Virus record (IMG/VR): IMGVR_UViG_3300009678_000039
Coordinates: 1-38,013 of that record
Length of the DNA stretch: 38,013 bases
Reading direction: 5' to 3' (one strand)
Source: a virus
Taxonomy: Duplodnaviria > Caudoviricetes
Shown here: positions 19,775 to 26,283 of the stretch, one piece after another
Layout of the letters: the number at the start of each line of letters is the position of its first letter
Numbering within the stretch: the stretch's first letter is position 1
The notes under the pieces: generated by a model
The model's input: only the letters and a program-made list of their open reading frames with translations
Told to the model about the DNA's origin: nothing
Databases searched by the model: none
Translations under genes and position numbers: made by a program

Positions 19775-20116
19775 TTATGTACCAGAAATAGGGGTTGATG
19801 CGTTTTGTTCTGCATTTACCAATGTACTAGCCACACTAGCAAAAGGGATAACTTGTGCTTTTTGGATTGAACTTGTAGTAAAAGCGTCAAAATTTAATGT
19901 ACTTGCATTTAATGAAAATGTAGTTGGACTAAGCACTGTAATCAAGTAGGACTTACCGCGTACTTGGTTCATACCAAATGCGCCAGGCAGAAACAATTGC
20001 ACATACAATCCATCATTATAGCCATGGGCTGTGGTTGTGGTAACAACCCCTGGATTGGCTACTGTGATGGCTGCAATTTCTTTCGATGCTGGCGTAAATG
20101 GTATAAGTGCGCTCAT
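19775..20116 (-). CDS. Virion protein consisting of one E1-FCCH-like beta module
   Basis: IAAITVANPGVVTTTTAHGY.DG..V....GAFGMNQVRGKSY.ITV. Confidence 0.65.
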   Translation of the reverse strand: MSALIPFTPASKEIAAITVANPGVVTTTTAHGYNDGLYVQLFLPGAFGMNQVRGKSYLITVLSPTTFSLNASTLNFDAFTTSSIQKAQVIPFASVASTLVNAEQNASTPISGT

Positions 20117-20121
20117 GTCTA

Positions 20122-20571
20122 TTACACCAAGCCGAATTCAGCACTTTGGAAACCATAGCGTTTCTTACGCTTTTGTTTACTTAAAACTGGTACGCCATTT
20201 TTATCCATTAGATATGAGTGGATTGGATAAGAACAGGTACCGAGTTGTCCATTAATTGCAGTTGCTGTTGCATCGATACCATTTAGGTGTCGTGCGATGT
20301 AGAGTGGTACTTCATATGCTTGACCATCTTGTAAGGTCTTATCATAAAAGTAGCCGGGGTATTTACGTACCTGTACACGAAGAGCTAAGCCAGGTGTTTC
20401 AAAGTTCTGGAAGATACCTTTTACAAGCTTCATTTCTTCATGCATAATTAGGTCTAATTTTTCTTTCCCAAGGTCTTTCTTGCTTTTTGTGCCAATAGTT
20501 GGAAGTACAACTTCTGGAGTTGAACTAGTTGGTGTTACTGCACCCTTTACATTTAATGTTCTTTTTGCCAT
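20122..20571 (-). CDS. Hypothetical protein in the head module
   Basis: 149-aa ORF with RBS agga. Confidence 0.65.
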   Translation of the reverse strand: MAKRTLNVKGAVTPTSSTPEVVLPTIGTKSKKDLGKEKLDLIMHEEMKLVKGIFQNFETPGLALRVQVRKYPGYFYDKTLQDGQAYEVPLYIARHLNGIDATATAINGQLGTCSYPIHSYLMDKNGVPVLSKQKRKKRYGFQSAEFGLV

Positions 20572-20592
20572 TTACTTTTGATTCCTACCTTT

Positions 20593-20616
20593 AAAAAAGG
20601 GGAGATTTCTCTCCCC
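20593..20616 (-). terminator. Intrinsic terminator after the capsid genes
   Basis: GGGGAGA-GAAA-UCUCCCC followed by UUUUUU on the minus strand. Confidence 0.85.
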
Positions 20617-20630
20617 ACGATTAATATCAA

Positions 20631-21605
20631 TTACTGTGATACTGCTCGATAAGCAATCCAACGAATTACATCGGCATTGCCACCTACTACAGAAGAACCA
20701 ATAGACATTTGATATGCTGATTGGTTTACTGTTGCATCATCTAACAAGTTCTGATACGGACTTGTTGCGGCCTCACCAATTGGTACTACTTGGGCGAATG
20801 TTACGCCTGTTGCAGCAACAGCTGATGTTGGGAACGCAAAAGTTGTAAAAGCAGTACTATCGATATCTACAGTGATAGTATTGTTTGCTACGCTGATTGC
20901 AGTAATAGTTGCTTGTTGACCATTCATTTGGGTCATTCCAAAGGCACTTGGTACATAAATACGTACTAGTTGGCCTACAGTAAACTGATGAACTACAGAC
21001 ATTGTAATTACAGCAGATGCTGCTTTGGAAATCTTCGTAATGAATCTACGTTTTGGATAATAAGGCCCTAGAGAAGGTAAAATTCTATAGAAACCTGTCG
21101 TACCAGCCGCCGCAAATCCACTCGCATCAAGGAATTTCAATTGGAAACTAGTGTTTGCCACAATAGTACCAACTGTAAAATCCATACCAGAGATCTGTTG
21201 CATTGCTGCTACGTTAATCATACGGACAACTGTACTACCTGCAATTAAACCTGTGGTAGAAGCTGTAGAAGCAACCGCAGGGTTTGCTGCAGTAACTGCA
21301 GTAGTTGCAACAGCAGCACCAGGTGCTACAGATGTTGGATCTATCAAAGTAAATCCGTCAGCTGTAATCATTTGAGTGATTGCTATTGTTGCTGCTCCGT
21401 TTGTTTTTGCACCTAAATACGCACCAGCTACTGGAAGATCTTTAATCCAGCTTGCTTGAATCATTGGCGTTGCAGCTGCCGCTGATCCAAATTGCGTTTC
21501 GTTAAACACTTCAAATTTGACAATGTCCGATGGGACAGTGATCAATTTTGAAACGCCGTCAGAACTAAATGTACCGCTTAAAGTCGCGTTAAATGGAATA
21601 CTCAT
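20631..21605 (-). CDS. Minor capsid/decoration protein with two FCCH-like modules
   Basis: Directly after the MCP with RBS aggagg; VTAANPAV...MQQISG and ITKISKAASAVIT..H.F.VGQ.V..FGMTQMNG. Confidence 0.7.
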   Translation of the reverse strand: MSIPFNATLSGTFSSDGVSKLITVPSDIVKFEVFNETQFGSAAAATPMIQASWIKDLPVAGAYLGAKTNGAATIAITQMITADGFTLIDPTSVAPGAAVATTAVTAANPAVASTASTTGLIAGSTVVRMINVAAMQQISGMDFTVGTIVANTSFQLKFLDASGFAAAGTTGFYRILPSLGPYYPKRRFITKISKAASAVITMSVVHQFTVGQLVRIYVPSAFGMTQMNGQQATITAISVANNTITVDIDSTAFTTFAFPTSAVAATGVTFAQVVPIGEAATSPYQNLLDDATVNQSAYQMSIGSSVVGGNADVIRWIAYRAVSQ

Positions 21606-21623
21606 TTGTTGTTGCCTCCTGCC

Positions 21624-22259
21624 TTATGCCAATGTACATCTGAGATTGAATACCCAGGTGTCATTAGTGATTCTAGGAACTTCAGCAAACTTGTAACCAA
21701 CAGAGCAGTTCAGTGCTAATGGTCCATCAAAAATTGGTGGACGATAGATGAACGATGCACTGTAGCCATCTTGTTCGATTGCTGCATACGCTTCGCGCCC
21801 TGTCACAAATATATTTAGTACATCTGCGCCAAGTAAACTTGCGTTCAGTGTCTTACTACCGATTGAAGACAGTAAGAATCTAACGTTGGCAACTGTACCC
21901 CATTCAGAATCAAGTGTTGATTGCTGATTTGGGTAGTTCCATTTTTGTATAAATCCAGCTACTGTGTCTAATTGACCAATTAGGTCTGTATGACCTAGGC
22001 CAAAATAGGCATCACGAACTGGTGCAGTACCGAAGCGATTTTCGCCTTCAACTCCTGTTAAGAAGCTGTAAGCGTTATTGCCACGTAGTGTTCTAACAAC
22101 AAAGTCAACATCTGATCTTGTGATCTCAGTTGGATTATCGCCATTTGTACCGCCTACGCAGTTAATAAATGCCGCAGTACCTGCTAACATATCTCTCATC
22201 AACTCGTCTTCAGTCTCACGTAAAGACACTCCAAGACGTTGTGCAGCTTCATTAAGCAC
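21624..22259 (-). CDS. Major capsid protein (N4-gp56 family), exon 3
   Basis: VLNEAAQRLGVSLRETEDELMRD...EWGTVANVRF...DGPL...SVGYKF; continues the QNQDP of exon 2. Predicted spliced MCP is 88+16+211 = 315 aa. Confidence 0.9.
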   Translation of the reverse strand: MLNEAAQRLGVSLRETEDELMRDMLAGTAAFINCVGGTNGDNPTEITRSDVDFVVRTLRGNNAYSFLTGVEGENRFGTAPVRDAYFGLGHTDLIGQLDTVAGFIQKWNYPNQQSTLDSEWGTVANVRFLLSSIGSKTLNASLLGADVLNIFVTGREAYAAIEQDGYSASFIYRPPIFDGPLALNCSVGYKFAEVPRITNDTWVFNLRCTLA

Positions 22260-22966
22260 CACTCTGTTACTTTCAGCTCATGCTTACTGACCACTTTAGT
22301 GGCGGGATCGGCACTTCAACCAATCCTCTCATAGTTTCCTATGAGTTCAGACTATCGCTTCAAAAGGCGCTGAAAAATCGCGTCCCCTTTTGCCTTTGGA
22401 CTTAGTCGTTGCTGGTATTGAAACCACTCCGTTGAGTTTCCTCATTGTCATCCAAGCTCTTTCTCTTTCCGATTGGATTTCCGGAGTTATTTTGGCTCCA
22501 TTAAAGCTCACCCATTCTTCTACGAATTTGAGAGCTAACTCTGCTTGTTCATTTTTAACAAGTAGGTAAGGGAGAATTAGCTTGAGGAAACTTGTAATAT
22601 CCGATTTAGATCTTGTCATCCATCTGAACATTGGTCTTTGCTTTAAGTATGGTTTTTCTTCCCATACCTCACCAATTCCAGTTGTTTTTACAATGAGATC
22701 TAAAGGTTCTCTTCTTTGCATCCCAACTCGAATGCAAGGATGATAATGTGGATGAAAACATCCTCTTTTCGCTCTTTGTTCCATAAAGGACTTTGAAGCC
22801 TGTCTCATTATCATTATCGAACCTTCACCGTCTACTATTCCTGCTATATAAGCCAATTTTTCAACTTCCATCTGGTTACCTTGTGTTATATGTTCCGTTA
22901 AGATCATATATCATTTAGGCTTTCCAGTAAATCACCTAAGGTTTAAAGACCCCATATTAAATGGTT
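22260..22966 (-). mobile_element. Group I self-splicing intron (707 nt), MCP intron 2
   Basis: Exon AAGACCCU pairs with IGS GGGGUCUU (U-G at the splice site). P4/P5 CUGGAAAGCC...GGUAACCAG; R element GCAACGACUA (22412-22403); S element AAGCGAUAGUCU (22360-22349); P9 CUCAUAG-GAAA-CUAUGAG; terminal G at 22260. Confidence 0.92.
22347..22871 (-). CDS. Single-motif LAGLIDADG homing endonuclease (intron-encoded)
   Basis: LAYIAGIVDGEGSI motif and FLKLILPYLLVKNEQAEL. Start at 22871 (alternative 22907). Confidence 0.92.
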   Translation of the reverse strand: MEVEKLAYIAGIVDGEGSIMIMRQASKSFMEQRAKRGCFHPHYHPCIRVGMQRREPLDLIVKTTGIGEVWEEKPYLKQRPMFRWMTRSKSDITSFLKLILPYLLVKNEQAELALKFVEEWVSFNGAKITPEIQSERERAWMTMRKLNGVVSIPATTKSKGKRGRDFSAPFEAIV

Positions 22967-23014
22967 AGGGTCTTGGTTTTGGAGCGTTACTTGCTCATTG
23001 AGCAGTATGTAGGT
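22967..23014 (-). CDS. Major capsid protein, exon 2 (48-nt micro-exon, TYILLNEQVTLQNQDP)
   Basis: Fills the gap between ...DFYG and VLNEA..., restoring the YG.Y.........DPVL.E pattern expected for this MCP family. Not in the ORF track. Confidence 0.85.
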
Positions 23015-23053
23015 CAATTACTCCAAAACTCATTACGGCACCTACGCTGCTTT
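23015..23053 (-). other. 39-nt core-less group I-like mini-intron, MCP intron 1
   Basis: AAAGCAGCGUAGGUGCCGUAAUGAGUUUUGGAGUAAUUG; four in-frame stops; P1 UUACGGU/GCCGUAA; P10 GUAGGU/ACCUAC; ends in G. Confidence 0.8.
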
Positions 23054-23317
23054 ACCGTAAAAATCCATCTTCGCATCAATGTTTACCGCGGTCAACTGTT
23101 GAGCCGGTGGAGTAATTCCCCCCGTTCCAAGTGGTACCGGAGCGGTTGCCAATGGATTATAACGGCGCATCCTCAAATCTGTGCCACCATTACGAGGCAT
23201 AGCTTTAAGATCTGCTGGGATTTTATGTATCATATAAGGCACAGGGACCGACAGGAGCTTGTAACTGAAGCTCTGAGCGACGGGCGCTGGCAAAATATTT
23301 GTAGTTGTAATTCCCAT
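23054..23317 (-). CDS. Major capsid protein (N4-gp56 family), exon 1
   Basis: MGITTTNILPAPV...KLL...MPRNGGTDLRMRRYNPL....PL..G.TPP...L.......FYG is an N4-gp56-type N-terminus; follows the scaffold gene. Confidence 0.9.
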
Positions 23318-23383
23318 TACAAAAAACCTATAAGTTTTTGTGCCAGGACTTACATTTCAACTTTGCTCAAACACCTGAATTAC

Positions 23384-24139
23384 TTATGACCTTTTTGCAG
23401 CGTCTTGCATCTCTTTATACAACTGCTTCTTTAATTCTGGAGTTAGTCCATTTTCAAACATATGGGCATTACCAAGAGCAGACTGTTTTGCAACTGCGTT
23501 AACCGATTGCGGTTTCTGTGAATTCTTTATAGCCCTTTCTTTATCAGCTAATGTTGTTTTTGCAACTTGAGAACCCACATTTACCCCCATCATTTTTAAC
23601 GTATCATAAAGTGCTTCTGCCTGAGCATAAGGATCAGGGTTATGAGCTAAAGATGAAGCAAGTGCTGGCTTTTTTTGTTTTAAAAAGTCAATGTTTTCTT
23701 GCGTCACTATGTCATCAAAATCTGGATACTTTGATTTGATCCTATCCTCAACTGTCTCAGCTTCTCTTTCCCGAATGGCTTCTATCGCAGCTTCTTTGGC
23801 CATTTTCATTGCTATTTTCTTAGCAACGGCCTTTGTGATGATATCGTCATCTCCGAGCCGATCAAGCTCATCTACTTCTGGAGTAGATTGCTTCGGTGTG
23901 TGTTGCTGATGCAGCTTACTAATATAATCGTCTCTTTCTCTAATCTGACGATCTAGCTCTTGCATCTTGCGCCTAGCTTCTGTCCAATTATGTTCAACAT
24001 CTTTATGTTGTTTGGTATCGGCAGTAGCTGCGCTTTCTTTTTCTGCTACATCTGACGATTCAGGGGCTGTAGCGACTGCCTGCGAAGCGACGGGATTTTC
24101 TTCGTGCGCTTCTACGCTACTTGTTTCTTCTTCGGTCAT
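23384..24139 (-). CDS. Capsid scaffolding protein
   Basis: Acidic N-terminus, coiled coil and KYPDFDDIV; immediately upstream of the MCP; aagga precedes ATG 24139. Confidence 0.75.
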   Translation of the reverse strand: MTEEETSSVEAHEENPVASQAVATAPESSDVAEKESAATADTKQHKDVEHNWTEARRKMQELDRQIRERDDYISKLHQQHTPKQSTPEVDELDRLGDDDIITKAVAKKIAMKMAKEAAIEAIREREAETVEDRIKSKYPDFDDIVTQENIDFLKQKKPALASSLAHNPDPYAQAEALYDTLKMMGVNVGSQVAKTTLADKERAIKNSQKPQSVNAVAKQSALGNAHMFENGLTPELKKQLYKEMQDAAKRS

Positions 24140-24292
24140 AGATGCTTCCTTTGGATTGGCGAGATCCATTACGCCTCAAGCAAACATTGAATCTGATGGC
24201 AATTGACGCATGCCTGCGATTATCAAATTCAAATTTAATTTATATATAGAAATACAGAGATTTGTTGTAAATAGATATTTTAAATAAATTAT

Positions 24293-24853
24293 TTACACAG
24301 AGAGATTGCTAAATGGATTAGTAGGTTGGAAATAAGAAACTTTAGACCCAGGACTTGGATCTTGGTCAGGGCTATCTAGTTTGCCATCCATACAGTCTTC
24401 GATCCATTTGACTAGTTCTGGAGAATGGTTAGCTTTATTCTTTAACACGGACTTACATTCTTCAAAGCCAGGTAATGACCATAGAACATGTACAGTTCCA
24501 ACTTCGTGATTGACCCGATATAAGGTCTTGGTATGGTGCGGATATTCGCACATCATATCTAAGCCACTAGGCGCTGTTTTTCTGGTGATAAAGAAATTGC
24601 GAACTACGTTACAAGCCCACATCTCTTTCTTGGTTAGTACAAAGATATAGAAGTCGCCTCTAAAGCCTTTTTCTACGCCAATTTGTACCGCTTCTTCGAA
24701 CTGCTTTAGGTACTCTGGAGCTGCTGCATCTAGGGTCTCTTCAACCGTCTGTTCTGGATTGTCTTTAGATAAGATATCGATAACGGCTTGACCTACGCGC
24801 TTGCCTTTGGAGTTAAATCGATTGTAGTCGTATCGCTTGTCTTTTGCGTCCAT
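24293..24853 (-). CDS. Hypothetical protein
   Basis: 186-aa ORF with RBS gagg. Confidence 0.7.
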   Translation of the reverse strand: MDAKDKRYDYNRFNSKGKRVGQAVIDILSKDNPEQTVEETLDAAAPEYLKQFEEAVQIGVEKGFRGDFYIFVLTKKEMWACNVVRNFFITRKTAPSGLDMMCEYPHHTKTLYRVNHEVGTVHVLWSLPGFEECKSVLKNKANHSPELVKWIEDCMDGKLDSPDQDPSPGSKVSYFQPTNPFSNLSV

Positions 24854-24979
24854 GATTCAATGTCCTCATAAAGGAAGCTTTTATATACATGATCCCAGAA
24901 TCGCTCTGCTTCATGTTTTTCAATTAACAGAAAATGATCGCAAAGATCAATGTCATCTGCGTCTTGATTAATACTAATA

Positions 24980-25135
24980 CTAGTACTTGCTAGTAGCTTT
25001 TTTCTTTCCACGTCTTGCTTCACTATAAGCTATTGCAACTGCTTGCTTTTGTGGTTTTCCAGCCTTCATTTCACGACGCACATTAGCGCCAAACCCTAGG
25101 CGTGTTTTTGCTTTTGGACCTTTTACGAGCGGCAT
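24980..25135 (-). CDS. Small basic phage protein (51 aa, not in the ORF track)
   Basis: MPLVKGPKAKTRLGFGANVRREMKAGKPQKQAVAIAYSEARRGKKKATSKY; the GKPQKQAVAIA motif is common in phage head modules; RBS gaggtg. Confidence 0.8.
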   Translation of the reverse strand: MPLVKGPKAKTRLGFGANVRREMKAGKPQKQAVAIAYSEARRGKKKATSKY

Positions 25136-25229
25136 ATAACAATCACCTCTATTTGTCTTTATTAACAGATAACCAAACCATGGTAAATGCCATGAAAAGT
25201 GCTATGATTAAACAACTTACGAATATCAC

Positions 25230-25382
25230 TTACTTCGGTTTCTTTACCTTAAATTGTTCTGTCGCCTTACGAATCATATTCTGGAAAACAACTTTATTTT
25301 CGCGTATAAGAGGATGGCTGTCTTCTGCTTTATCATGCACAGGTGGTCTCGGTTTCTTTGGCTTGTTATTGTCTGCTTTCAT
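25230..25382 (-). CDS. Small basic protein (50 aa, not in the ORF track)
   Basis: MKADNNKPKKPRPPVHDKAEDSHPLIRENKVVFQNMIRKATEQFKVKKPK; starts 4 nt after the upstream stop. Confidence 0.6.
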   Translation of the reverse strand: MKADNNKPKKPRPPVHDKAEDSHPLIRENKVVFQNMIRKATEQFKVKKPK

Positions 25383-25386
25383 TAGA

Positions 25387-25518
25387 TTAATGCTGTAAAA
25401 ATGGTGTCGTTGGTTTCATGCGTTCTACGCGCTGTTCTTTTGGTACTTTGATACCTTTCTTCTTCATGACTTCTTTGGCAATTTTAGTTGGTTTTCCAGG
25501 TGGCCTAATCATTACCAT
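25387..25518 (-). CDS. Small basic protein (43 aa, not in the ORF track)
   Basis: MVMIRPPGKPTKIAKEVMKKKGIKVPKEQRVERMKPTTPFLQH; RBS aagga. Confidence 0.6.
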   Translation of the reverse strand: MVMIRPPGKPTKIAKEVMKKKGIKVPKEQRVERMKPTTPFLQH

Positions 25519-25527
25519 AAAGATCCC

Positions 25528-25743
25528 TTAACTACGCATATTTTCATCAATATCAGACACGGCCTCGACATCAACTGTAAAATTGTTAACGATGCCATCA
25601 CGATAGCCATGCTTGCCGCTAAACTTGAGTAGCATTGGTTTCTCTGGCATGTTGGCATATTGACCATGACCCATTGGATGAGCTGGATCAACTTGCTTAA
25701 AATCGTAATTGGCGTTCTTCTCTTTTGCGCTTGATTTCTTCAT
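25528..25743 (-). CDS. Hypothetical protein, paralog of 25748..25960
   Basis: MKKS start and GHGQYANMPE motif. Confidence 0.7.
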   Translation of the reverse strand: MKKSSAKEKNANYDFKQVDPAHPMGHGQYANMPEKPMLLKFSGKHGYRDGIVNNFTVDVEAVSDIDENMRS

Positions 25744-25747
25744 TGGA

Positions 25748-25960
25748 TTAGTGCTGGTCTGATACGTATTTAGAGCGCTTGCCTTCTGAATTACGCATAC
25801 AGCTATCAATGCCTGTAATTGTGTCATCTAGACGGTCAGATGCCATTGATACCTTTGGATATAGTTCTTTGACCACATCTTGTGGCATATTAGCGTATTC
25901 GCCTTGGCCCCATGCTTTCTTCTCTTGTTCAGAAACACCAAGTCCTGTAGATTTCTTCAT
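25748..25960 (-). CDS. Hypothetical protein, paralog of 25528..25743
   Basis: MKKS start and GQGEYANMPQ motif; RBS ggagg. Confidence 0.7.
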   Translation of the reverse strand: MKKSTGLGVSEQEKKAWGQGEYANMPQDVVKELYPKVSMASDRLDDTITGIDSCMRNSEGKRSKYVSDQH

Positions 25961-26016
25961 AGTTGCACGCCTCCATAGACGTTTAATTGATTTATATAAA
26001 CCTATAAATAATTTTT

Positions 26017-26274
26017 TTAATCATTAATTGCATCATCTTTTTTCAATGGTGCTGGTTGTAGCGATCTTTCGATGTAATATTTTCGATGATTCGGCAGCTT
26101 CTCTTCATCAATTGAGATAAGATCAATGCTACAATCTAAGTGATCTTCATCAAGATCAGTTGCATGTTTTTCTATGATCTCTTGGATGTAATTTAATGCC
26201 TTACAGCGGCAATCGAAATACTGCTTCGATTTAGGTAAATAAGAGCCAGTTCTTACAAAATATACAATTGCCAT
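26017..26274 (-). CDS. Hypothetical protein
   Basis: 85-aa ORF directly after the portal; RBS aaggt. Confidence 0.6.
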   Translation of the reverse strand: MAIVYFVRTGSYLPKSKQYFDCRCKALNYIQEIIEKHATDLDEDHLDCSIDLISIDEEKLPNHRKYYIERSLQPAPLKKDDAIND

Positions 26275-26283
26275 ATAGTACCT

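Noticed and set aside
21624-22262. ORF-track 212-aa and 91-aa ORFs as two independent genes or a pseudogene
   Set aside because: They are exons of one MCP. The GTG 'start' at 22262 is the last three intron nucleotides.
23015-23053. Ribosomal bypass (T4 gene 60-type hop) or stop-codon recoding as the explanation for the 39-nt insert
   Set aside because: No matching take-off/landing codon (GGU versus UUG) and the stop does not directly follow GGU. All three stop types occur in the insert and all are used as normal stops elsewhere. The P1/P10/terminal-G signals fit splicing better.
22260-23053. One single long intron from 23053 to 22260
   Set aside because: It would delete TYILLNEQVTLQNQDP, which supplies the expected ...DP-VLNE capsid motif, and each insert has its own P1 with a U-G pair.
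24140-24290. tRNA or riboswitch in the scaffold leader
   Set aside because: Somewhat GC-rich with short possible stems, but no cloverleaf or recognisable aptamer. I saw no tRNA genes anywhere by eye.
25102-25398. Plus-strand 98-aa ORF
   Set aside because: Antisense to better-supported small minus-strand genes with coupled spacing.
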